IMG/VR virus record: IMGVR_UViG_3300012007_000001
Coordinates: 55,238 to 119,237 of that record
Direction: 5' to 3' (one strand)
Length of the DNA: 64,000 bases
DNA from: a virus
Taxonomy: Duplodnaviria; Caudoviricetes
Shown here: positions 18,650-26,937 of the stretch, piece by piece
Position numbering within the stretch: position 1 is the first letter of the stretch
Layout: each line of letters opens with the position of its first letter
Position numbers and translations under genes: made by a program
The notes under the pieces: model-generated
Seen by the model: the letters and a program-made list of their open reading frames with translations, nothing else
Database searches by the model: none
Told to the model about the DNA's origin: nothing

Positions 18650-19192
18650 TTAAAACCTTTCAGATTCAAATGCCTTTACCAAGCATTCATAGTATTTGAT
18701 AAGTTCCTGCAATTCGGGTGCTGACCATTTCTTTGTCATGTTCGCCCTTCGTCCAAGGGCTTCAACCTTTTCTTTGCCTAACTCCCGAACCTTGTAATAT
18801 CGCTTTTCCACGTCAGCGATATTCAGACCACGGGCGAGGTATTCCTTATATCCTAACTTGTTGATTAGGTTATCACGGTAATTCAAAAGATTGCCCTGTT
18901 CAAAACGGTTGCAGTGGCGGCACTGGCCATTGCAGTTTTCTTCATCCCATCGTGTATTCATGTTCCGTCTGCTGTGAAAGTGGCCACAATCCATCTGACT
19001 GTACGGCTTCGTCTCACCGCAGGATATACACACAAACTGATAATATCCGAAGTTCCTGCTATCCCTTAGTCTGATGTACTTGCTGAAAACCACATCCAGC
19101 TTGTCTCTTAACGACTTGATGCTGGGTGTACGCTTACGGGGCTTTTTCTGCTGAATTTCGGTCTTTTTCTTTGGCTTACTGTTGTATAGCAT
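18650..19192 (-). CDS. NinG/Rap recombination endonuclease
   Basis: FSKYIRLRD, CISCG, DCGHF.SR, RWDEENC..QC..CN. Confidence 0.9.
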   Translation of the reverse strand: MLYNSKPKKKTEIQQKKPRKRTPSIKSLRDKLDVVFSKYIRLRDSRNFGYYQFVCISCGETKPYSQMDCGHFHSRRNMNTRWDEENCNGQCRHCNRFEQGNLLNYRDNLINKLGYKEYLARGLNIADVEKRYYKVRELGKEKVEALGRRANMTKKWSAPELQELIKYYECLVKAFESERF

Positions 19193-19207
19193 GTTATAAG
19201 TTGTTAT

Positions 19208-19310
19208 TGGTGGGATGGCAGGGAGTCGAACCCTCTTTCAGTGTATTAACGTTCTCTTTTTATGGCACTCAAGAAAGCTGCTTTGTCGCCCGTGCGACGT
19301 TTTCCACCCC
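19208..19310 (-). ncRNA. tRNA-like element with encoded CCA and a non-canonical interior
   Basis: GGGGTGG/CCATCCC acceptor + ACCA; AGGG-TTCGACT-CCCT T arm; no standard D or anticodon arm. Confidence 0.55.
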
Positions 19311-19370
19311 GTTTGAAAAACCACCCCGCGCCCACGATTGACGCGAGGCAGTCTGAAAAAATGAAAGAAG

Positions 19371-19823
19371 TTAATACATAAATTCTTTGTTTGCTTCTAT
19401 CTGCTGCTGGGCATAGATAAGAAACTCATGATTCGATGCGTCAGGCAGCGGTATTCCAATCTGTGCCGACCAGTTCATAAACCTTTCGATAGACAGGCGC
19501 ATTTCGTCAACTGACAAATCGGCTGAACTGCGAAGGTACTCGACGGTCTGACCTTTCCGATTCACGCGGGTAGATGTAAAAATATCCTTGTTGCACCTTT
19601 CCTTATAGAACCGAACCTTTGCCTCGTCAAGTCCGCAACCGTATTCACAGGCGAAGAACCCCAAAAGCACATGCAGGTATGCGTTCTGCGACAAAGTGCG
19701 CTGCGGCTTCTTCTCGACAAGTTCCACGGTGACGGTTTCTTTATTCTTTACCCGTTCAATCATCTTCTGAACCTTTTCAATGAACTTGCTGAATTGCAAG
19801 TCATCATTAAGCCTGTATATCAT
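19371..19823 (-). CDS. NinB/Orf-like protein
   Basis: RTLSQNAYLH...RSSADLS..EM...IE. Confidence 0.75.
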   Translation of the reverse strand: MIYRLNDDLQFSKFIEKVQKMIERVKNKETVTVELVEKKPQRTLSQNAYLHVLLGFFACEYGCGLDEAKVRFYKERCNKDIFTSTRVNRKGQTVEYLRSSADLSVDEMRLSIERFMNWSAQIGIPLPDASNHEFLIYAQQQIEANKEFMY

Positions 19824-19840
19824 AGTTTACAAATTTAGCA

Positions 19841-20410
19841 TCAGAACGGAAGGTCATCTGCACCACCTCCTGTTGCACCATCGGCAGGTGGCGGGAACGG
19901 AACAGAACCCTCCTGTGCCTGTGCATTGTTCTGCGGCTGCTGTGCTGCACCATGAGACTGCTGGCCTTGGCCTTGGAAACCTGCCGTCGCTCCAGTCTGC
20001 GGGATGTTACCAGCACCGATTGCAGGTCGCCCGCTGCCGTTGCCGTCACCCTTACCAGTCAGACAGATGTCAGATGCCACGATGTCAGTCACGTACATCT
20101 TTACATCGGAATGTGTCTTGTGGTCATAGGTGCGATATTGCAGTTCACCAGTTATAAACAGCTTGTCACCCTTCTTGACATACTTCTCGACGATTTCTGC
20201 CAGCTTGCGCCATGCAACGATGTGATGCCATTGAGTGACTTCGGGAACTTCCGTACCATCCTGCCGTTTGTAGCCGCCTTTCGTAGTAGCCAGCGAGAAT
20301 TGCGCCACCTTGACATTCGGCTCATTCGGGTTGTTGGTCGGTATTGTGGCAATTTCGGGGTCTTTTCCGACATTGCCCATCAACGTTACTTGATTGAATG
20401 ATTTTGCCAT
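19841..20410 (-). CDS. ssb: Single-stranded DNA-binding protein
   Basis: NQVTLMGNVGKDPE, WH.IVAW, C-terminal DDLPF. Confidence 0.97.
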   Translation of the reverse strand: MAKSFNQVTLMGNVGKDPEIATIPTNNPNEPNVKVAQFSLATTKGGYKRQDGTEVPEVTQWHHIVAWRKLAEIVEKYVKKGDKLFITGELQYRTYDHKTHSDVKMYVTDIVASDICLTGKGDGNGSGRPAIGAGNIPQTGATAGFQGQGQQSHGAAQQPQNNAQAQEGSVPFPPPADGATGGGADDLPF

Positions 20411-20522
20411 TGTATTTCTGTTTTTGAAAGTTCAAAGGATAGTGGCAGCGGTTTTCCCAAATCACTGCCACCGAGGTCTCATAATTGCCATTTACGATTT
20501 ATTCTAAACAAGTTGCTAAAGT

Positions 20523-21419
20523 CTATCTTACCTTGAATGTCAGACTTTCCTTTACGTTGGTTTCCTTGAGATACTTGTTATACAAGTCCTCATTGTCTGC
20601 CATCAGCTGTTTGGAGTCGAAACGCTTCTGCGTAGATGCGGCCTTGAGTGTAATCAGCACCTTTCCAGTGTCGATTGACTTCTTGCCATCAGCGGCCATG
20701 CGCTTCATCAAGTCGGCCTTGATTTTCTCCAGTTCCTCGTCGATTTCTGCCTTGCGCTGTGACAGGGCGATGATTGACTCCTCCTCGATAGAAACGTAGT
20801 CGGGGATTTCGCTTGCCCATGTGAAAGGCATGTCGTTGATGTCTGCATGAAGCAACTCCTTGACAAGTTCCACGGGCTTGCGCTCAACCGCTATCAGGCG
20901 GGCGATGTCACCGCGAAGCCACAGGCCATACAAGCCCTTGACGGGGATATTGGGGTTCATCAGTTCAAAGAAATAGGCATAGATTGACAGCTGCCACGAT
21001 ACCGATTCCTTGTCAAACTTTGATGTGGTCTTTGCATCGGTCAAGAAAACGGCTGGCGTTCCGTCGGTCAGCACGATGTCAATAGATGAAGCGTAATTCT
21101 CGCCATCGGTGACAAGGTACTCGTTTTCCACCGTTTTCAGCCCGTGCTCTTCTTTCAGCTTCAGATAGTTCTTAACCTCCTGCACGTCGGGATTGACACC
21201 CAGCGAATCAGCCAGTTCTATCTGTTCGTGAATGAACGAGCCTCTTTCGGCTGCACGTTCCATCATTTCCTTCGACACAAACTTGTATTTGTCGGGGAAA
21301 AGTCGGCGTTCCAGTACACCAGTAACGCCCTGTAGCTGCTTGCCGTTCAGCCAGTACTCATGCTCTTCCTGTTTGAACTCAACAGCACACTTTGCTAATT
21401 TGATTTTCTTTGTTGCCAT
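20523..21419 (-). CDS. PD-(D/E)XK (Cas4/YqaJ-like) phage exonuclease
   Basis: HEY, RGSFIH, E..V...YASSID, DAKT, QLSIYA. Confidence 0.8.
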   Translation of the reverse strand: MATKKIKLAKCAVEFKQEEHEYWLNGKQLQGVTGVLERRLFPDKYKFVSKEMMERAAERGSFIHEQIELADSLGVNPDVQEVKNYLKLKEEHGLKTVENEYLVTDGENYASSIDIVLTDGTPAVFLTDAKTTSKFDKESVSWQLSIYAYFFELMNPNIPVKGLYGLWLRGDIARLIAVERKPVELVKELLHADINDMPFTWASEIPDYVSIEEESIIALSQRKAEIDEELEKIKADLMKRMAADGKKSIDTGKVLITLKAASTQKRFDSKQLMADNEDLYNKYLKETNVKESLTFKVR

Positions 21420-21430
21420 GATGTTTGAAT

Positions 21431-22237
21431 TTATTTTTTCTTGACTGCCTTTTTCCTTGCCGACAATGCCGCCGATATGACTGCAAATCCACCTTGGCTC
21501 ACCTGACCGTTGTAACTGTTATAGATTTCAGTCAGCTGCTTGATAGTCGTGGCCTTCTCGATTTCCGAAAGTGCCTTTTGCACAAGTGCCGTCTCTTCAT
21601 TCTGAGGAGCCTGTGCGGTCGGTGCGGGGATGCCTACTTGCGGTGTTCCTGTAGGTGCTGGCAAACTGCTTTCCGATGACGGAGCAGGCTGCTCTTGGTT
21701 CTGAATGGTTTTGGGCGTATGTGCGTTTGGATAACTGTATCTTAACCGTCCGAAAGCATCCACGATGACCAGTTTATTAATCTTGCGGCTGTCATTGTAG
21801 CCGATGTCGCTTACAAAGAACCAGTTGTTCCGAACCTTGCCGTCTTTGCCGAAATCGTCTTGGCAAAGGTTGATGAACAGGTCTTTTGGCGCAGAATAGA
21901 GTTCGCGGCCAATGCCGATGTTCACGCAGGCACGTTTGAATGCGTCACTGGCCTCGCCTTTCTCCTTGGCCGTGAACGATTCCTTTCCGACATCCTGCTT
22001 CGATACCCACTGCTTAGTGGTCTCGTCATAGATTTCTACCGTACAGAACAGTTCAGTGTCAATCAGCTGGTGGCTTCGCTTCCATCCGAAAATCCCGAAT
22101 GTCTCATCGAGCACGGCTTGGTCGCAGCGGGCATCCTTATACAATGCCAGCTGACACCAGCTGTTGTTTTTCGCTGTCTGTAGCACCCTGCACTGGATTT
22201 CCTCCGCCCGCAGGGTTCTGATTTCTACATTTCGCAT
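21431..22237 (-). CDS. Sak/Rad52-family single-strand annealing protein
   Basis: YKDAR.....LDETFG..GW, KQDVG, EKGEASDAFKRA.V..GIGRELY. Confidence 0.9.
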   Translation of the reverse strand: MRNVEIRTLRAEEIQCRVLQTAKNNSWCQLALYKDARCDQAVLDETFGIFGWKRSHQLIDTELFCTVEIYDETTKQWVSKQDVGKESFTAKEKGEASDAFKRACVNIGIGRELYSAPKDLFINLCQDDFGKDGKVRNNWFFVSDIGYNDSRKINKLVIVDAFGRLRYSYPNAHTPKTIQNQEQPAPSSESSLPAPTGTPQVGIPAPTAQAPQNEETALVQKALSEIEKATTIKQLTEIYNSYNGQVSQGGFAVISAALSARKKAVKKK

Positions 22238-22372
22238 AACTTCTTCATTTTTATAATTAAAAAAAGGGATTATCTTTTCCAGTAGTACCAATGCTCCCCT
22301 GCCCGAATTGACAGGGGAGCGCATCGCTTGGCTCTTCACTTACCACCAAGACGGACTTCTCAGGTTCCTACG

Positions 22373-22684
22373 TCAGATATGGAGATTTTCATTCATTACG
22401 TTTTTCAGCCTGACAGACATCAGCAGTTTCTTCGTGTCGGCGAAAGAGAACAGGCATGACGTGTTCTTTCCGTTATCCTGCCTCTGTTTCAGCAGACCGT
22501 CTGCAATCCAGCGGTCAATGATGCAGGGCTTGAATCCCATACGACTGACATACCGCTTTATCTCAGACCTTTTCACATAGTCCTGTTCGGGCTCGATGCT
22601 TCTCCTGTATTCCTGTACGCCAGCATCTACGGCAGACGCACACAACTCCATCAGCGTTTGGAGTTTGATAGTAACTGTTTCCAT
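22373..22684 (-). CDS. Excisionase-like small DNA-binding protein
   Basis: IIDRWIADGLL wHTH pattern; position in the early operon. Confidence 0.55.
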   Translation of the reverse strand: METVTIKLQTLMELCASAVDAGVQEYRRSIEPEQDYVKRSEIKRYVSRMGFKPCIIDRWIADGLLKQRQDNGKNTSCLFSFADTKKLLMSVRLKNVMNENLHI

Positions 22685-22688
22685 TGCC

Positions 22689-22904
22689 TTAGTCGTTGTT
22701 GATTATACACATCAGCCCAAGCGGGGCATTCTTCGTGATAGAATATCGCTTGTGGCCTATCTTCCCATTGATTTCAGATGCTTTCGCCCTGAATGACTTC
22801 ACGTTGACTTTAGACAGGTCGAACTCCCGAATGTCACCAGCCTGAACATCACGAATGGTTTTCTCAAGAAAGCCGTTGCGATAGGTTTTTCTTCTTTTCT
22901 TCAT
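22689..22904 (-). CDS. Small basic hypothetical protein
   Basis: 71-aa ORF starting just after tRNA-Gln. Confidence 0.65.
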   Translation of the reverse strand: MKKRRKTYRNGFLEKTIRDVQAGDIREFDLSKVNVKSFRAKASEINGKIGHKRYSITKNAPLGLMCIINND

Positions 22905-22920
22905 CTTCTTTTCCGTTTAG

Positions 22921-22991
22921 TTGGAGAAACGGGAGTCGAACCCATACAAACAGACCCAAATTCTGTTGTGCTACCATTACACCATTCTCCA
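22921..22991 (-). tRNA. tRNA-Gln(TTG)
   Basis: TGGAGAA/TTCTCCA acceptor, D arm GTGT-AATGGTA-GCAC, ACAGA-ATTTGGG-TCTGT, T loop TTCGACT; CCA not encoded. Confidence 0.9.
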
Positions 22992-23211
22992 GTATGACGG
23001 CCTTTTGAGCCGCCCACCTTGAACACCGCCAATGTCGTCACCGTCAACAGCCGCAGGATTTAAGCGGACATCCACCCACATGCTACCCTTTCCGATTTTT
23101 TGGGGATTGCGCAGATACTCTCACATGCTTTAGGCTCGCTTTCGGTATAGGTCGCGCCCCTTAACGCTTCCAAATGTACTCGCTTGTGGTGCGTGTTCTG
23201 ATACAAGACTG

Positions 23212-23283
23212 TACCCCATGCAAGAATCGAACTTGCCTTGACAGGTCGAAAACCTGTAGTCCTAACCGATAGACGAAAGGGGC
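23212..23283 (-). tRNA. tRNA-Glu(TTC)
   Basis: GTCTATCGGTTAGGAC D arm, ACAGG-TTTTCGA-CCTGT, GCAAG-TTCGATT-CTTGC; one T-T mismatch in the acceptor. Confidence 0.85.
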
Positions 23284-23539
23284 ATCATCCCGCATTTGAA
23301 GGTGCGGGCAACCTTATATGTTATATATAATGTGATACGTTCATCCGAAAATAAGATGTTCCAGCCATTATACTTACGTTCGTTTCAAAACAGATGCCAT
23401 TGCTGGCATCCCATCAGTCGAAGCGGCTTATGTTGTTCACCGCTTCCGATGACCTGCTTTCAGACTTGTTTGTGATTACCGCAGCCATCGCCGCTACACA
23501 TCCGCTCCTACTTGCAGGATTAGCCTTTATTGTTCCACT

Positions 23540-23551
23540 ATGTCAAAGAAC
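23540..23551 (-). promoter_or_regulatory. boxA-like antitermination element
   Basis: GTTCTTTGACAT upstream of the tRNAs and the 23-kb leftward operon. Confidence 0.6.
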
Positions 23552-23593
23552 TCCGTTTGCCTGTTCGCCGTTGCTGGCGAGACTGGCTACGCA

Positions 23594-23938
23594 TCAGAAC
23601 CGATTCCTAAAGAACCAGCCATTTGCCAGTGACGGGGATTTTTCAAAATCACATCGGGGGTCTTCGGCCTCCTCGTAATCAACCTCCCACCAGTCGGGCA
23701 ACTGCGATGCTATCTTCTCCTCCAGCAATGGCGACTGATGCTCGTTAAGAGTTCCGTCAGCGTCATAGTGGTAGATAATGACTTCTTTTTCTGTCGGTGA
23801 CATCGAGACTTCAATCTCCGTGTGACCAAATTCACGCAGGGTAATACGTGCGGTTTTTTCACCAGCGGCCTTGTTTTCTGCCACTGAAACCTTCACGGCC
23901 TCCTTCACCTTATTTATAATAATACTTAAATTCTTCAT
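23594..23938 (-). CDS. Hypothetical first gene of the leftward operon
   Basis: 114-aa ORF after the promoter at 24011. Confidence 0.7.
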   Translation of the reverse strand: MKNLSIIINKVKEAVKVSVAENKAAGEKTARITLREFGHTEIEVSMSPTEKEVIIYHYDADGTLNEHQSPLLEEKIASQLPDWWEVDYEEAEDPRCDFEKSPSLANGWFFRNRF

Positions 23939-24010
23939 TTTTTCAACTTCTTTTTTGCCAGTCTGCAAAATATTCACTATATTTGCAGATGTATTAACGA
24001 TTTCTGTTTG

Positions 24011-24064
24011 CAAAGATAGTGCTTATTTTCAGAACTACCAAGAAAAAGTCTGATTATTTGCAGA
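24011..24064 (-). promoter_or_regulatory. Leftward promoter with two putative CI operators
   Basis: TATCTTTG at 24011-24018; GTGCTTATTTTCAGA and CTGATTATTTGCAGA. Confidence 0.7.
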
Positions 24065-24368
24065 ATGTTTGTATTTCTTAACAAGGCGAAACGGTTTTTA
24101 AGAAATTAAATAACTTTATTTGCCTATATTGTGAGAAAGTTGCAGAGTTTCATTTATCAAAATGCACATGATTTCGTTGATGGCGGTCTTTGACATTCTG
24201 ACCCTGCTTAGACGGCCTTTTGGATTTCAGGTGATGAATTTGCCGATTTTCGGCGTTTTTCGCGGTCTATGACCCTAAAAATCGGTTTTCTGCCTGCTCA
24301 CGCGCCTACTGGAGAGCGCGGGTGCGCTATGGTTGAGTGCTTTCTTTATGGGTGCGGTTTTGAATACA

Positions 24369-25163
24369 TCAGGCATACTGTCTCTCCCTTCGGATTAAGT
24401 CACAGGAATATTTGTAGATGTTGGTGCGCTGGCACAGGATTTTGCCGCCCTTTCGGAAGAAATAGCCGCCAAAGCCGATTTCTTTCATGTATAGCGGTGC
24501 AAGTGAGCAGAAGTTCGCTGGATTGATGCCAGTCTCTTCAAGCTGTTCATCCTTTCGGAGTGCGCCGTTTGCCAAAAGTGCGCCCATCAGCTTGCGCTCG
24601 GAATACCGCTTCGTGTTCGTCAGCTGCATGATGCGGCCATTGCTCAGGCCACGTCGGAATGATTGTGATGGGAGCATACTTGATGTTCTACGGTACATCC
24701 GTTTCAGACGGCCATACGGGATGCGTCGGCCATCTTCATCAAAGCCCGTAGTCAGTGCTTTATAAGTATTCCCGCAATCGTTCTGTTTCTTGACGTGGTT
24801 CAGGATAATGGAAGCACGGATGCCTCTGATTACATCAGCGATACGCATAGGACATTCGCCATTGGTGGGAACATCGAAGCTGAATCGGCATGTATAGTCA
24901 CCAGCGGTCTTTACAGGACATGCGACAATGGATTTGCCGTCACGCCTGACATAGCCGCCGTCAAGGGCATTCTTCAACACGCGGGCGGTCTTTGCACTGC
25001 CCATGTGGAAGATGCGCATAAGGTTTCTGTTTGTGGGGTTGTTGACGCGAGATGAACGAAAGGCCATCTTCACCATCACGGCAAAGGCCAAGCCCTCCAG
25101 CCGTTCTTTGGAACGGACTGCGAAGGATGCCTCGCTGATTGATATGTAGATTGACCTCTTCAT
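24369..25163 (-). CDS. Basic 264-aa protein with probable wHTH, in the cro position
   Basis: Divergent from CI; RNLMRIFHMGSAKTARVLK.AL..GYV. Confidence 0.7.
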   Translation of the reverse strand: MKRSIYISISEASFAVRSKERLEGLAFAVMVKMAFRSSRVNNPTNRNLMRIFHMGSAKTARVLKNALDGGYVRRDGKSIVACPVKTAGDYTCRFSFDVPTNGECPMRIADVIRGIRASIILNHVKKQNDCGNTYKALTTGFDEDGRRIPYGRLKRMYRRTSSMLPSQSFRRGLSNGRIMQLTNTKRYSERKLMGALLANGALRKDEQLEETGINPANFCSLAPLYMKEIGFGGYFFRKGGKILCQRTNIYKYSCDLIRRERQYA

Positions 25164-25272
25164 ACAAAAGGGAATCCCCGAATCGTGCTTGCACCACGAA
25201 ACGGGGATTGGAAATATGTTAGTAACATAAATCGTTGCGCCAGTCATCAATGTGCAAGATTGATTTCGGGTG

Positions 25273-25323
25273 CAAAGATAGTGATTATTTTCAGAACTGC
25301 AAAACTTTCTGATTATTTTCACC
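25273..25323 (-). promoter_or_regulatory. Leftward promoter with two putative CI operators
   Basis: TTTG-N19-TATCTTTG; GTGATTATTTTCAGA and CTGATTATTTTCACC. Confidence 0.7.
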
Positions 25324-25341
25324 TAAATTAACTCTTGCACT

Positions 25342-26286
25342 ATGGATATAGATGACAGGATTGAAGAATTTGTGAATCACCTCCACATCGGGAAGCGTGA
25401 TTTTGAAATTGCGGTTGGCATTGCCAGCGGAACTCTGAGCAAAAAGACCAAAAACGGGGTCAGAAGCGACACACTAAGACGAATCAAGGAGAAATACCCG
25501 CAGCTTAACCTGAACTGGATAGTGGCGGGCGAAGGAATGATGCTGAACGGGCATATTGAAGTGCCGCCAGTAGTCACCGACGGCATCAAGGAGCGTTTGT
25601 TCGCATTCTTGGAACATGAAGGCATCGGCCAAACCGAATTTGAGAAGAAATGCGGGATGGGGCAGGGCTTCGCCAGCAGGATTACGGATAACGTCAGGGA
25701 GGATTCACTCAAGAAAATTTCACGGGCGTTTCCGCATCTGCGTATGTACTGGCTTCGCACGGGCGACGGCGACATGCTGCTGACAGATGAGGAGATTGAA
25801 CGTAACAGCCAGCCAGTAGTCGAGACGGCCACGCCTGAAAACGTCGTGTACGTGCCTTTGGTAAGCCAGTATGCCTATGGCGGCTATGTCGCTGGGTACT
25901 CCAGCATGGAATATCTCAGCCGCCTTGCCGTCAGGCCGTTTGTCGTTGACAACGAATCCAAGCACAGCAACTACATGGCCTTTGAGGTTCGGAATGACAG
26001 CATGGATGACGGGCTGCGCCACGCATACGCGCAGGGCGACATCATCCTGTGCAGGGAGGTTGACAGGGCGTATTACATGGAAAGGCTGCTTGACTATGAC
26101 CGCAGCGACTTCGTGATAGTCCACAGTGACGGAATACTCGTCAAGCGGATAATCGCGCATGACGTGATGAACCACAAAATCACAGTCCACTCGTTCAATC
26201 CGATATTTGATGATTTGGTCATCGACCTTGCAGATGTCAGGCAGATATTCTCCGTGATTCTGAAACAGCAGCAATGCAGACGATAG
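25342..26286 (+). CDS. CI/LexA-like repressor: two tandem HTH domains + S24 peptidase
   Basis: Duplicated ..FE...G...G...LN..W...G.G.ML domains; NDSM and LVKR catalytic motifs. Confidence 0.92.
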   Translation: MDIDDRIEEFVNHLHIGKRDFEIAVGIASGTLSKKTKNGVRSDTLRRIKEKYPQLNLNWIVAGEGMMLNGHIEVPPVVTDGIKERLFAFLEHEGIGQTEFEKKCGMGQGFASRITDNVREDSLKKISRAFPHLRMYWLRTGDGDMLLTDEEIERNSQPVVETATPENVVYVPLVSQYAYGGYVAGYSSMEYLSRLAVRPFVVDNESKHSNYMAFEVRNDSMDDGLRHAYAQGDIILCREVDRAYYMERLLDYDRSDFVIVHSDGILVKRIIAHDVMNHKITVHSFNPIFDDLVIDLADVRQIFSVILKQQQCRR

Positions 26287-26609
26287 ACCTGTTCATCCTC
26301 GTGGAATGGATGGCCGAGCAGGTGAACAGTGACAGGCTGGCCGTTCCGAAGTCCTTTCTTGCACAAGGGGCTTGGTCTGCCATCGCTGGAGGTCACACCT
26401 TCGATTTCTCGTTCACAGACACCGTAATGACGGCCACAGCCGACGGCAAGGAAACAGAGCGGTACTTATACCGTCTCGACGGCCAAACGCTGACAGCGGC
26501 CACAGGACGGGGCGAGATAAAGATGCAGGTCTATATGGCAGACATCGACACGCCCAACCTGATTATCGACGGCATCATTTTCCACCAAAATTCGCCCGAA
26601 TGTCACTAA
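26274..26609 (+). CDS. Hypothetical protein co-transcribed with the repressor
   Basis: 111-aa ORF overlapping the CI stop; start uncertain. Confidence 0.5.
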   Translation: MQTIDLFILVEWMAEQVNSDRLAVPKSFLAQGAWSAIAGGHTFDFSFTDTVMTATADGKETERYLYRLDGQTLTAATGRGEIKMQVYMADIDTPNLIIDGIIFHQNSPECH

Positions 26610-26921
26610 TTCACCGCAAACAATGAAAACAGCAGCATGTAAAACATCGGTAAACACAGGCGATTCCAGCGGTTTTGCCATTCAGATTGTGGTTCTGAAT
26701 GTCCTCGGTTCGAGTCCGAGCGGGCACCCTGACATTGGAAAGGTCTCAAAAATTGCTAAATACCAGTGTTTATCGGCTTTACGCGATATACCGCCATAGC
26801 TGAATCACTGATGAAGAAATGCAATTTTTGGGGCTTTTTTGTTTGCAAATTCACCGCAAATTCACCGCAAATTCACCGCAAATCAGCCTCAATTCGGAAA
26901 ATTCACCGCAAATTCACCGCA
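26608..26921 (+). repeat. Six copies of AATTCACCGCA (integrase arm-type sites)
   Basis: 26608-26618; tandem x3 at 26848-26880; tandem x2 at 26900-26921; on both sides of the att core. Confidence 0.85.
26681..26729 (+). other. attP core = 3' part of tRNA-His(GTG)
   Basis: TCAGA-TTGTGGT-TCTGA anticodon arm, CTCGG-TTCGAGT-CCGAG T arm, 3' acceptor strand; 5' half absent; 210 bp upstream of the integrase. Confidence 0.85.
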
Positions 26922-26937
26922 AAAAATTTATCGAATT

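Noticed and set aside
20523-21419. Cas4 of a CRISPR system
   Set aside because: No Fe-S cysteine cluster, no cas neighbours or array; sits in the SSB/Sak recombination module
23150-23211. HDV-like theta ribozyme after the phage tRNAs
   Set aside because: The nested P1/P2/P3/P1.1 pattern could not be built downstream of either tRNA or the tRNA-like elements
26657-26729. Complete tRNA-His gene
   Set aside because: No D arm or 5' acceptor strand upstream of 26681; treated as the attP core
26848-26921. CRISPR array or coding repeat at the integrase 5' end (ORF called from 26839)
   Set aside because: Units are 11 bp, tandem and have no spacers; they fit arm sites, and the integrase more plausibly starts at ATG 26938
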